Below the pieces are notes generated by a model. That model did no database searches. It worked only from the letters and a program-made list of their open reading frames with translations, and was not told the DNA's origin. From assembly GCA_054600435.1 (NCBI GenBank), contig BAAIJX010000027.1, forward strand, positions 1-64,000: a stretch of DNA of 64,000 nt. The letters are read 5' to 3'. Source of the stretch: Neophaeotheca triangularis. Its lineage: Eukaryota. The translations under genes and the position numbers were made by a program. Below, piece by piece: positions 25,022 through 36,741 of this stretch (position 1 is its first letter; every line of letters starts with the position of its first letter).

Positions 25022-25082
25022 GCACATTGCCATTCCCGCTGCCATGACCGTTGAAGCCGTCGCCGTAGCCATAGTTGTTCAT
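21099..25082 (-). CDS. wc-1: White collar-1 blue-light photoreceptor (polyQ, LOV, two PAS domains, GATA zinc finger); exons 25082-23841, 23782-23344, 23162-21748, 21674-21099
   Basis: YSSTGFDMLGVL/MRVATRPNP, LOV motif GRNCRFLQ, PAS domains, [43 protein letters not shown]; all three introns are canonical and restore frame. Confidence 0.97.
24960..25022 (-). repeat. (CAA)n(CAG)n repeat encoding a 21-residue polyQ tract in WC-1
   Basis: 63-nt ttg/ctg run on the + strand, in frame in wc-1 exon 1. Confidence 0.95.
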
Positions 25083-25628
25083 GTTGTCACCGGGAGCAAT
25101 GCCCCCGACAATGCACACTACCCGTCGAGGGTGCTGAATGGGGAGATGAGTTCAAGGACTGACTCGTAACGGCGCAGAGCCTGAGGCTGCAATTCGGTCG
25201 AGCATAGAGGTGGAACGGGCTGATACAGTACCCCGTTGTTGCGTACAAAGGAGAAGAGGCGAATGGATGGAGTGGGTGTATCGAAGTCGTAGTCGTAGCC
25301 GTATGTAGAGCGTATGTAGATACGAGGTGGGAGTGGTCGGAATGAGCGTCGCAAGGTAGTCGTCGTCGGTGTCTGGGAGCCGAGATGAGAGAAGGAACGA
25401 CGACCTCATGGTGCGCCGCATTGCCGCGTCACGTGCAGCAACTCGGCAACCTCATCAAACATTAAACGGTACCTTATCTTCAAATTTCCCATGCCATCGA
25501 CACGACATTCCCATCTGCATCTTGGAGGTAAGACGATCAAATTCAGTGGAGATTCCACAAGGACGCTAATCACCTACGACTCCAACGTACATATAAGGTA
25601 GTTCGGGTTTCCTCTCCTCTCCTCCACC

Positions 25629-26831
25629 ATGGCATCCAGCTCTACTACTAGTAGTACCTCCCACGACGCAACAGCATCTGCCCTCCTCAAGGCCTCAACG
25701 CCGCCGAGTAAAGCCTTCTTCGCAACCCTCATCACGGCAAATCACATACTGCACCATCAAAACGTCCTGGATGCCGTACGTATGCCGCTATTCCGTCAAG
25801 GCCTCAACAGCGACATCCTAATCACTCAACCTACTTCAAGTACGGCCACATATCCGTCCGCAACCCGCAAAACCAAGCCACCTTCTTCATCTCAAAGTCT
25901 CTTGCGCCTGCGTTGGTAAGTAGCCGCGACGATATCGAAGAATACTATATCGAGGATGCCACTCCCGTCAACGAGGATGCACCCAAAGGCTATCTCGAGC
26001 GCTTCATCCACAGCGAACTGTACAAAAAGTACAAAGTATGCCAAAACAAACACAGCAGGGCAAGTATATGTTCAAAAGCCAACCGCCTCCCTTGTAGGAC
26101 GTAAACTCCGTAATCCACTCGCACAGCGAAGCCGTCATCCCCTTCGGCATCACCAGCGTGCCCCTCAAGCCCGTCTACCACATGGGCAGCGTGCTAGGTG
26201 CGTCCCTTCCGCCCCTTCCTGCCCCTCCAACCTTCACTCACCCGCCCCAGGCCCCCAAGCCCCCGTCTTCGACATAAGCCACCACTACCCGACAGCCTCA
26301 ACAACGTCCCAACCCCACAACCTCCTGATAACCTCCGCCCCCTTGGGCGCCGCTCTCGCCACAGCTTTTAACCCCTCCACCACCTTTGCGAAAACAACTG
26401 CCTACCTCAAAAATTACTTCACCACCCCTTCCAACACCAACTCACCCTCAAACCCACCCTTTCCCCCTAACCCGGTAGTCCTCATGCGCGGCCACGGCTT
26501 CACAACCCTCGGCACTTCGGTAGAGGAAAGCGTCTACCGCGCCGTCTACACTTGCGCGAACGCTCGCGTGCAAGTGACGGCGATGATGTTGCAGGGTGGT
26601 TTCAATGTTGGCTTGGTGGCGGGGAGGTTCGGGGAGGGGGAGAAAGCGGGGGCGGCGAGGCAGGAGGGAGTGCGGTTTTTGGCTGAGAGGGAGGTTAGGG
26701 ATGCTTGGGAGGGGTTGAGGGGAACGGTGGGCAGGGCTTGGGAGGGTTGGGTTGAGGCTGTTGAGGGCGAGGGTTACGGGAATGAGTTGAGAAAGGGGGT
26801 TGGGGAGGGGGGTGAGGAAGAAGAGGGTTGA
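25629..26831 (+). CDS. Class II aldolase/adducin N-terminal domain protein; 4 exons
   Basis: Spliced product has NHILH..VLDAYGHISVRNP, ERFIHSELY, VIHSHS and VLMRGHG metal-binding motifs. Confidence 0.88.
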
Positions 26832-27479
26832 CTGGCGTGATAGTAGCGCTATTTCGGGGGTTCTCCTCTTGCGCCACCCAGATCACCGTGTGCATGTCTG
26901 TGTCAATCCGATCCATTGACTTTCTTCCCGAGCCGTTGCACGCCTGAGCTCTGACGTTATCTCTCTCTTGAACTTCCGAAAAAGATTTTGGACTGCAAGT
27001 TGATACTCTGGGGCTTTGCAATGGTGGTTATTGCTCTAATTTGATGTGCTGGGAATGAGGGGGCCATAAGGGCGTCTGAGCAACGAGAACATCCCGGGCA
27101 GTATTATTTGCTGACCACTGTATAGTCCGCGATGGTCGAGTCTGCCGTGCTGTTGACTCGACAACTGGCCTTCATGGTCGTGAGGCTGAGTAAATCCAAG
27201 TATTGAAAACGAAGGTTGTGGTAACCAAAGCTGACCATTGGACTGGAATCGGTGGCCTGCTTGTCGAGAGCGGTTAGGGCTCAGGATGCAATTTGAATCC
27301 CTCGATGCATTAGTATCAGGTAGGAGACAGTTCGTCCTTCTTTTCTTCTTTGCTTCTTTCCTCTCACTGTCATGTCTTGAATGTTCACGATTCCCACCTT
27401 TGAATTGGAGAGCCTGCATCAATACGTTAGAAAAGGCCACTGCCACCAGTCCTCTTCACCCTGACAACACCACAAAGAC

Positions 27480-28150
27480 GACCCCCGAGAAACACGCCCT
27501 CTGCAGAATCACCGGCATCCGCTGCCGCGCCACCCACAACAGCAAAACCTCAACTTCCGCTCACGCCGAATGGCAGCCCCTCCTCCTTGGCACCCTCCTG
27601 ACCCTCCTCCCGGGCCTCCTCCTCTTCCTTAGAACCGTCTCCGACGCCTTCGACAACCTCACCAGGCCCAACATAAACGTCCTAATCAACGCACAAACCC
27701 TCGCAGCCGCCATGGCAGGAGAACCCAGAAAACAAATGGGGAATTGGCTCGCCCACGCCACGCACCCTCACTGCGCCTGGTTCTGGCGAGCGATGGCGGG
27801 AGAAATTGTCGCGTTTTAATCCCGAGACGCGGGAAGACTGAGTTCATGAGAACCTTTGTGCGGGAGAGTGGCATCGTACTGTTCATGGCCATGGCCCCTC
27901 TTAACGTTCCTACTGGGTTTGACGATGAAGAGGGGAGTGCGGCGCTGCGTGTTACGCAATGTTGTTTCTTTGCTTTTTTTGTGACGCTTTTGGTGCTATC
28001 CTTCGATTGCATTCTTGGCTTGCGACGTTTGGCGTTTCTACTCTGGGACTAAAGTCTCGCCGGGCGATTGTCTTTGATGAAGATATCGACTGGGCAGAGG
28101 TGGACGACGAGGAGGAAGAGCGGAAGAGAGCTGCACCAATTGGCGTGTAA
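27480..28150 (+). pseudogene. Possible frameshifted small membrane-protein gene or relic
   Basis: Hydrophobic protein-like segments continue across three different frames (ORFs ending at 27819, 28052 and 28150); no clear introns; no recognised family. Confidence 0.25.
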
Positions 28151-28473
28151 ATGCGGTACTCTGGGCAAAAGCGTATGCGATGCTAGTAGGCTGCGTCGGT
28201 GGCAGTTTTATTGGCAAATAGAAGCCAATGGACACTTCAGGGGTACCTGCTGGTCTGGCTCTGCACCATCGGCTTCGCACTCCTCATCACTGGGAGTTTT
28301 TCCCAACGCCAAAACGAAATGGAGAAGACATTTGCCGCAATTGCTAGAATTAGTGGAGGAAGCCGTTGAGGATGTCGCAGTTGGCCTGATCGCATTCCAC
28401 ATCGCAATCCTGTAAATCTGCTCCCTCTTCGTCTTCCTCCCTGGCTTGATCTAAATCTGACAACGGCTACGCA

Positions 28474-28773
28474 ATGTCCGAGCTAAAGACTATGATGAGC
28501 AGGTTGAAGCGGGGCAGAGATGGCGGGGAGGGGCAACTTGACAGTGGTTCCGCCCGGAGGGATGATGAGGAAGTATCTGAGGAGAAAGCTCGTCTCCTCC
28601 GGCCTGATTCGAGCTCTGACGACGACTACGCAAGGCCCGAGCGGAAGGTGGAGAGGAGCAGTGTGAAGCGGGTTTTGTGGAGGGAGGGGAGGGCTAGTCT
28701 GACGGTTATTCCGCCGAGAGGGATGATGGGGTGGTATACGAAGGGAGAAAGGAGAGCGCGAAGGTTGAAGTAG
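28474..28773 (+). CDS. Small hypothetical charged protein (99 aa)
   Basis: ATG in good context (gcaATGt); protein-like composition; no recognised domain. Confidence 0.4.
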   Translation: MSELKTMMSRLKRGRDGGEGQLDSGSARRDDEEVSEEKARLLRPDSSSDDDYARPERKVERSSVKRVLWREGRASLTVIPPRGMMGWYTKGERRARRLK

Positions 28774-29094
28774 GCCGAGTGGGAGTTGGAGGCGAAAGAG
28801 GAGCATGTGGGTGGTGCGGGTAGGCTGCTACGGTTCTGGTATTTTTCCAATCCCTCATTGTTAATCAAGTGTGCGAACCTCACTGACCAATCATCGCCGC
28901 AGTCCCGTTCCTACACAGGATGCGAATGAAGCATTAACAAGGGCGTTTCAATCACGCTACTTCGAATCAGAGTCGCTGCATCTATGCCTCGATGCTACGA
29001 CTTGGGTTACTTTATTTGAGTCTGCTCAACCACGCCAAGGGGAACCAACGAAAATAGACTCAACTATTCCAGACATCCATACTATTTTCATCAA

Positions 29095-30591
29095 CTACAA
29101 AGGGAATCCAGCAAATGTCGCCGGACTCTTCAACCCATCCGTCCCAACCGACCTAACCCCAAAAACCACATTATCCTTGCTCAAATCCACAGTCGCAGTC
29201 CTTAGCCCGTCTCCGGCATCCTCTCCTTGCCCAACGGGAATGGCATGCGTCCAGAAAGGCGCATTCGTCGCCCGCCACACAACCTCATACCCAGCGACCT
29301 CCTCAGGCACCGCCGACCACACAAACGTCGAGTCGTTGGACAAGTCGCTAGTATCGACGTACACGTTGTCCGGGACAGACGGCGCCTCGCTCAGCGACCA
29401 GACGGAGCTAAGCAGGACGCGAGCATTGCGCGCGACGTAGTCGAAATCGACGAATTCGATCAAGTCGCCGTATTGTGTGCCGTCCTCGACGCGGATGTCT
29501 TGGTGCTGGTGGTCGAAGTTCTCGTTGGGCTCCGTGAAGCGGACGGCGTTGAGATATCCATTGTCAATGTATGCCGAGTGGTCGCCGCCGCGCAGGAACC
29601 GGTCGAGTCGGTAGATGAGCGCGATGTTTTGCATGCCTGTGTACATGTTTTGCGAGGTCTCGACGATGAAGCGGCCGAGATTGCGCGCCGGCGAGTCGTT
29701 CTCGCCGCCCACGGTCAGGCGGGTGTTACGGATAGTGGCGTTTTCGGCTTCGAGCGGTGGGATGCCCTGGCAGAAGACGCGGACGCTGTAGGGGTCTTTG
29801 AAACCGTCGTCGCCGGTTGAGCTGCCGACCGTGTCTGCGTTGAGCATACCGGCCATGTTAATGCTGTTGTTGCGGTAGGTGGCGGCTTGGAAGTCGGCGC
29901 CGTAGAGGCCTTGCTCTTCTCCCGCCACGGCAGTTAGGACTATTGTGCTCTTTGGTTCGTACTTGGCGAGAATGCGCGCAAGCTCCATGGCGATTGCTGT
30001 GCCCGAGGCGTCGTCGTTGGCGCCGGGAGCGTCCCCGGTGAAGTCGGTAGCGTTGGTGTTGCGCGAGTCGTAGTGGCCGCTAACCACGTAGTAGCGCTCG
30101 GGCGATTCGCTGCCTGTAATGGTGGCCTCGACGTTGTAAATGTCCACGGGGAACAAGATGCGTGAGCCGTCCGGTTCCTGCGTATAGAAAGGGGTCGTAA
30201 CTTCCATGCGGCCGTCAGATTCCTCTGCAAATCCTCGCATGGTATCGGCGATGTATCTCCTCGCTGCGCCAATACCGAATTCCGGGTCATCTTGCACGGA
30301 GAGCGTGGCACGAGTGCCAAAGGAGACGAGCTTTTCAATGTACTCCTCAATCCGGCCCGCATCGACCTCCTTCATGGCTTGCTTGAGGAGGTCTGAAGGG
30401 TCTTGGGATTGAATGTCATATCCAGGCCCATAGGTCGGCCAGTTCGCTGCCGGGCAGTAATTGTACTCATACCTGAAGCGACCGTGTCCATTGCCGTGGT
30501 CTGGGTTGGGGCTCTTGTGCTTCTGGGGCTGGGCTGTTGACAGAGGTGTCAGCGCAGTCGCCAAGGCAAGCAGTGTCGTTACTCCGTGCAT
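29095..30591 (-). CDS. Secreted M28 zinc metallopeptidase with C-terminal FN3-like extension
   Basis: Signal peptide MHGVTTLLALA; SGHYDS, APGANDDASG, AGEEQGLYG, RGGDH, HQHQD motifs. Confidence 0.93.
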   Translation of the reverse strand: MHGVTTLLALATALTPLSTAQPQKHKSPNPDHGNGHGRFRYEYNYCPAANWPTYGPGYDIQSQDPSDLLKQAMKEVDAGRIEEYIEKLVSFGTRATLSVQDDPEFGIGAARRYIADTMRGFAEESDGRMEVTTPFYTQEPDGSRILFPVDIYNVEATITGSESPERYYVVSGHYDSRNTNATDFTGDAPGANDDASGTAIAMELARILAKYEPKSTIVLTAVAGEEQGLYGADFQAATYRNNSINMAGMLNADTVGSSTGDDGFKDPYSVRVFCQGIPPLEAENATIRNTRLTVGGENDSPARNLGRFIVETSQNMYTGMQNIALIYRLDRFLRGGDHSAYIDNGYLNAVRFTEPNENFDHQHQDIRVEDGTQYGDLIEFVDFDYVARNARVLLSSVWSLSEAPSVPDNVYVDTSDLSNDSTFVWSAVPEEVAGYEVVWRATNAPFWTHAIPVGQGEDAGDGLRTATVDLSKDNVVFGVRSVGTDGLKSPATFAGFPL

Positions 30592-32739
30592 CGTGAAGGC
30601 TATGAAACGTGAAGTTTTTGGGATCGGATTGTGCAGGAGGCAACCATTGGGCTCTTGTATCTCCACCACAGCCATAGATCTACCGTCAGAAAATTATGTC
30701 ATTGTCATTGCTAAACTCTACAGCTGCCCAGGAACGATGCATCAATCGAGCATGTCATGGCCAACAGATGTCTAGTGGGGCGATAGGGAGTACGGCGGAG
30801 TCTCTCAGAGCTTTGGGAGCTCTCCTTACAGGCGTGGCCTACCAATGGAAGCCCCTCCCGTGTCTCGTCCACGGAAGATTGGGATCTTTTCGTTAGGAGT
30901 CACGGCGAAGGAGTGGGGATGGAGGTAAAGCGACCTGCCTGTCCAAGCAAGGTACGCTCCAGAAGGTGGGTGCATCTTTACGATCGATGCAGTTAGCCAG
31001 AGGCCATGGCTCGAGGGTTTGGCTTGTCTATCGCTCTGCTGTATGGATCTTTCCCAATGAGGAAGGTGAAGTTGATCGAAATGCGCCAGCCAAGCTGAAG
31101 TGAGGGGTCCTCTACTTGGCGGTGACAGGCCGGCCTGCTGTGGCGCTTCGGTAATAAGAATAGCCCATGGATAATAAGATACCAGGTCCATGAGGCGGAA
31201 CGTGGTACCTATGAAGAAGTCAACCTCTTGCAAAGTCTACTTGTCCTTGCTCGGCGGGGTTTATTCGTGTCGGCGGTTGGCAGTATCTCGACGTTACAAC
31301 AACAACAACCGAAAAGACCCCGTGCCCGTTCGTTCCTTCACGCCTGAAGATACCACTTGAAGATGGGGAGTGAAGAAGAGTAAGTCAAGGTAAAGAACGA
31401 AGTATTAGGTACGCAGCTAGAGGCAACAATCGATCTTGCGAGGTAGCCCATCAAGGTAGCTTGCGGCCTCTCTACTGCCTCAAACTGTTGCATGTTTACC
31501 ATTGAAGATGCTCATTGATTTTCGCTACTGCCCAGACCATACCTAACGTTACTGACCAGACAACTCTACCAGACAGAGGCTGTAGATTAGAGAAACCCCG
31601 GGCCAAGCCTCCTGGGCACTAGCGTTGCATCCTTGTCCAGACGTCACCTCACATCAACACAGCGCAGCCCGACCTTCACTCCCGTCCTCTTCATCACTGA
31701 GCAGTTCCATGCCCTGCGAAAGGCAAGAGTTCGAGTACATCATACCGCGAAGCCACGACACCTCCAAGACAATTCCAAGACCTCTTCACTGCAGCAACAT
31801 GAGGGGTTGAACACCCTGCCAAGGTACTCTTCACTCCGGGATTCACTTTGCGAATTGCTGCCTCCTATTGGAACGGCTTTACTCGACCCTCCCTTTCCCG
31901 CCCAAGCGAGTGTGCAAGATCGAGGAAGCCGTCGTTAGCCGGTTTGATCTCACTTTGTGAGACCAGGGACTTCGATTAAGAGGCAGTTGTCCGTCCCATG
32001 CACCGTGATCGGTGGATTAGGACATTGGTACAACCTGTGCAACGGTGTGCCATGAGTACATCATCAAGTACGCCCCAGACCGCACAGGAAGCACACCAGT
32101 CTGAACGCTTTCCCTCGACAAAGGTCACGTCCGGCACAGAGGTACTCAAACAGAACGGCCTAAGCGGCTGCAAGATGCAGGCTTTGCGTGCATCATTTCC
32201 AACTTGGTCATCCTGATCAAAAGTCAGGCCCTTCTCGAAGACCCTTTCTGCAGGAACCCCCACAGAGTGGTGCTTCCCGAGAATCAACGGTAGGCGCTAG
32301 TGACGGTGCTTCTGCGACCAATGCAGGCCCGATGCGATGCACGAGTGCCAATACCTCTCGCTTTTGAGCAGCATCGAAGCTGTATGGTCCTTTCATCTGC
32401 TTGCTATCAGGGTGCAAGCTCTTTGAGACCAATGTATGTTGATCTCACTCATTTCAGGTATAACTCACAGCATTTCTATAGCATTACGTGCTGCGCCAAG
32501 TGCTTGGTCCGCATAAACGCTTTTCGAGAAAAGGAAGGTCAGAGTGATTCGCAATGGTCTCAGCTGTGGGCGAATTACTCGCCTCGAGCAGCATGACGAA
32601 AAAGTAGAGGATTGCCTAGACAAGGGTCTCACAAGGAACTGACATTGACCAGCCGGTGTAGAAGCATAAGAAGGGCTGCGACCCGCCGATCCAAGAAGAA
32701 AGAAGAAAGCACGCTTCTTTTCCTCAGCTCATTACCATC

Positions 32740-34128
32740 ATGAAGTACTCTACCATTTTGACGGGCTTTGTGTCCGCCGCAAGCGCCTTCAAGAGCTACG
32801 ATGGCTACAAGACCTACCGCGTGAACGCAAACAACGCCGCCGCAGACGTCAGAGCAGCGCTCAGCTCGATCAACGTGGACGACGTGTGGGAGGACAAGCT
32901 CGACACGCAAGGTGTGGCCGATGTGGTGATTGCACCAGACCAGATTCAGGCTTTCGAAGCTCTCGGTCTCGACTCATCGGTCACACAGGAGGACCTTGGT
33001 GCTGCGATTGCAGAGGAATCCATTCCTCAAGACGTCAACAGTAGGTCATCCAGTTGATGGATTGTCTAGCGCAACAACTAACTGATGATAGAGCGCCAGG
33101 CGCCCGGCTCTGAGTTCGCCCAAGGCTACTTTGAACGCTATCACAACTACTACGACCACCAGCGTTTCCTCACTTCCTTAAACCGCCAGTACCCGAACAA
33201 CTCTGAGATCTTCTCCGCCGGAGGATCGTACGAGGGTCGTCCCATCCAAGGCATTCGCATCTTCGGTGATGGCGATGCCACCCGCCCTGCTATGATCCAC
33301 CACGGTACAATTCATGCTCGCGGTAAGCCTACCCACTCCCCAGCAAGTATCTCAATGGAACAAAAACTAACGAAGTCCTTTAAAGAATGGATAACGACTA
33401 TGGCAGTTGAGTACCTAGCGTATCAGTTGCTTACGCAATACAACAACGACAAAGAGGCGACCGAATATGTCAACGCGGCCGACCACTACATCATTCCCAT
33501 CGCCAACCCCGACGGCTTCGTCTTTTCGCAAACTCAAGACCGTCTCTGGCGCAAGAACCGCCAGCCCTCCGGTACCGACAACCCCTGCGTCGGCACCGAC
33601 AACAACCGCAACTGGCCCTATGAATGGGACGCCCTCGAGGGTGCCGGCAGCTCCACCGACCCCTGCGCTCAAACCTACCGCGGCGCGCGACAAGCCTCGG
33701 CCCCCGAGAACCAAGCCCTCATCGCCCACATGGGCCGCATCCGCGACCAGCAAGGCATCCTCCTCTACATTGACTGGCATTCATTCAGCCAGCTGCTACT
33801 GTGGCCCTTCGGCTACGACTGCGACCGTTTCCCCGACAACAACGACGCATACGAAGCCGTCGGCTCCGCCGCGGCCGAGGCTTTCGAGCGCCCCTACGGC
33901 ACCGCTCTCGAAATCGGCCCCATCTGCAGCACCATCTACCAAGTCGCCGGCGGCTCTCTCGACTGGGCTTCCGAGCGCGGTGATGCGGACTTTGCTTTCA
34001 GCTACGAGCTGAGGGACACGGGTCTCTATGGTTTCGTCCTCCCGCCGAGCCAGATCTACCCCAGTGTTGTCGAGGCTTACCGCGGCACTTCTGCCATGAT
34101 GCGTGAGATCTTCGCGCGCTCTGAGTAG
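32740..34128 (+). CDS. Secreted M14A zinc carboxypeptidase with prodomain; introns 33041-33091 and 33323-33385
   Basis: Signal peptide; KR processing site formed at the exon 1/2 junction; IHAREW, NPDG, WRKNR, DNNRNW, DWHSFSQ, YELRD. Confidence 0.95.
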
Positions 34129-34761
34129 ACACAGTTGTTGACACGGAGAGTGTTGGGGAAAGGTTTTCAATGGATGAATGTAAGCTATGTACGGTAGCTA
34201 CGAATGAAGAAATTGCTCTGAGCTTCCAAGTAAGCCACAGCCAAACAACCGGAGAAGAAAATAAGACCTATGCACATTCTTGTCCATCCCACCCTTGCTG
34301 CTGTCTGGAGAACCTTCCATCGTTCCCATCGTACGATAGATACGAGTTCCAAATGTTAAACGATTAGGCGTAGGCCGTTGGGGCAGTCTCCTCTCAATCT
34401 CTGACTAGTCAGCACCAGGCCTGCTCAAAGTGTACCATCTCTTTTAGGAAGGGTCCTGTGTATTAGCACTGTCAGAACTCCATCTCGTCGCAAACTGTTA
34501 TCTCCAGTCCACCTTGCTCCTCAAAAGCGTATGCAGTTAACAATGAAAAGCTTTGGGAGAAAAGATACGATTCCGAGTAGTGCAGCTAATAAGAGTCCGG
34601 CGAGCTTCGTTAAGAAGTGAAACAGGGCTCGCTGATAATGAACAGAACAAAGGCTTCACAAGTATTCTAGAAGCTAGTATGGACTTTTCAACATCCCTCT
34701 CCTCTCACACCTCACGCGAGTCTACGGTCTCGAAAAATTGCGTCAGAAACCCCTAGCAACC

Positions 34762-35088
34762 TCACATCGCGCAACAACACCCAACATCCCTACCCTCGCC
34801 ATCGCCTTTACTCCCCGCGCCCCTACTTCCGAACCTCACTCCAACGTCCTTGACCTCGCAAAGCCTCTGTACGTTCTTGTCATACCGCTTTCCTCCACCT
34901 CGGCATTTTGGACAGTCTTCGCTACTAGCGGTGAAGCGGTACTTTCGCGGCAACCGCGCGGGCCCGGTGTCTTTGCGGCCGGAGAAGCTGGGGCAAGTGG
35001 TGAGGTTTTTCCCTGGACCGCATGGACGGGTGAGGACGAGCCAGGAATGTTTGCAGGCAGGAGAACGGTGGTAGGTCGTTTGACACAT
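34762..35088 (-). CDS. Small Cys/His-rich hypothetical protein ending in a CAAX-like motif (108 aa)
   Basis: MC..C-x-H..PC..C..CPKC spacing; C-terminus GCCCAM; intronless ORF. Confidence 0.7.
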   Translation of the reverse strand: MCQTTYHRSPACKHSWLVLTRPCGPGKNLTTCPSFSGRKDTGPARLPRKYRFTASSEDCPKCRGGGKRYDKNVQRLCEVKDVGVRFGSRGAGSKGDGEGRDVGCCCAM

Positions 35089-35325
35089 TTCGTTCCGGTT
35101 GCTCGCCGAGAGAGGTCGTGAGGCTGGGTTTTGGAGGCTGAGAATAGTCTGAGAATAGTTGAGGTTTGATTGCAGTGGTGGTAGAGTAATGAAGGCGGTT
35201 TTGTCCAGAAGGGGGGGGCTTTGGCTTGGCGAGTGAAGCTGACGCTAGCTCTTGGCTGTGCTGGCAAAGTGACGAGATGGGGTGGTGTCCGCGTGAGGAT
35301 GGGTGACGTTTTGCAGAGGCAAGTT

Positions 35326-36129
35326 TCAATCTTGCTTTCCAGATGGCGACTCTGGCGGCGTATGCGGGGTATACTCTGGATCGTTTTCGCTGAGTTCTTT
35401 CTCACGGATGGCGTTCATAAGTTCGTAAAGTTGGCCAAGCTGCTGGTCTGCACGTTCTCAAGTGTTAGAACAAACCACTGAAGTGAGCTTTTCCATAGGA
35501 AGGAAGTGAAACATACCACTCATCTTGTCGATCTTGCTCTTATCCATCTTCTCCCCGCGCCATCCTTCTCCCTCGACAGTTTGAGCGTAGTTTTGCCATT
35601 CCGTGAGGAAACCGATCTGCAACACACAATCAAAGTCAGCATCACGTGTTTTGTCTCCGTAACCACTTCACAACCAGGCCATCCACCTCCGCCATCGCCT
35701 TCCTCTACAAAGTCAACCCCCTACGCCAAATATCGACCCCAAACCAACACGGCACACCCAACTCCCACATCCCGACTGCCCGCATCCCATCACATCTCAA
35801 ACCCCTCCCACCCCGCTCCAAATCAAAACCAGTCCACAACAACCCCAACCAGCCCTCCAACCCCCTCCAACCCCCTTCTCCCTCTTCCCCCAAACTTCAC
35901 TTACAATATGCACCGGATTCTCCGTCCCCCGATGCGCGCGAAACTCGCTCTTAACATACTCATCGCCCAGCACCCGCATTTCCGAGGGCAAGCACTTGCG
36001 ATGGCCGCGCAGAATCCTTCGGTACAGCGGAATAGGCGGTAGGAGAGCCGGGGGAACCGAGCGGCCTAGTCCATGAGCTTGGGCGCCGATGCTGCTGGGG
36101 ATAGCGCGGAAGAGCGGGGTGGGGCGCAT
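35326..36129 (-). CDS. ACN9: LYR-motif succinate dehydrogenase assembly factor 3 (Acn9/Sdh7); exons 36129-35905, 35616-35517, 35447-35326
   Basis: [61 protein letters not shown] after splicing. Confidence 0.93.
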
Positions 36130-36741
36130 CCTGGAGCGGTGGTGTCGTGGGCGAGAGATGAGATGAGATTTGAGGTTTTGCGTTGGAGGGTTGGTTGGAG
36201 ATCTCGTTATGCTGGGGATTGGATGGAATGGGGTTCGAGGTCGAAGCGACTAGACCACTTGCAGCAACGTCACCACCGTGCCTCGGCAACGCGGGAGCCG
36301 CCGGCCGGGGTAGAAACATGCATGACTTCCCCTTTGAGAACGGAAAGATGGAGACGTACGTGCAAAATTGAACGACCTCCAAAGCGAATATCCGTGGGAT
36401 TATTTCCGAATCGGCGCTTGGGATCTGCGAGTCTTGCCATAAGAGGAGAACGCCAGTAGACTGATCGCATCGAAAGCTACTACCCAAGACCATTGCCCAA
36501 AGTCTCACCAAAGCAAAGAGCGCGCACATCAACACTAAAATAAAAGTGCCATCAGCACAGGCGATCTCATCCTAGATTCGATCCAGAAGACACAACGGGC
36601 TGGCAAAACCACACCCACCGAAACTTTCGTTCCTCACCCAGCCAAAACATTCATCCATCCCCAAGCACCCGGCCCCTCCCATTCCCCCACCCCCTCCAAT
36701 ACATTAAAAAAGATTTCAAAAAAAAAAGGACAAAAAAAGAA

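Noticed and set aside
30700..32700. Short ORFs between the two peptidases
   Set aside because: All are under 140 aa, with no motifs or coherent exon chain.
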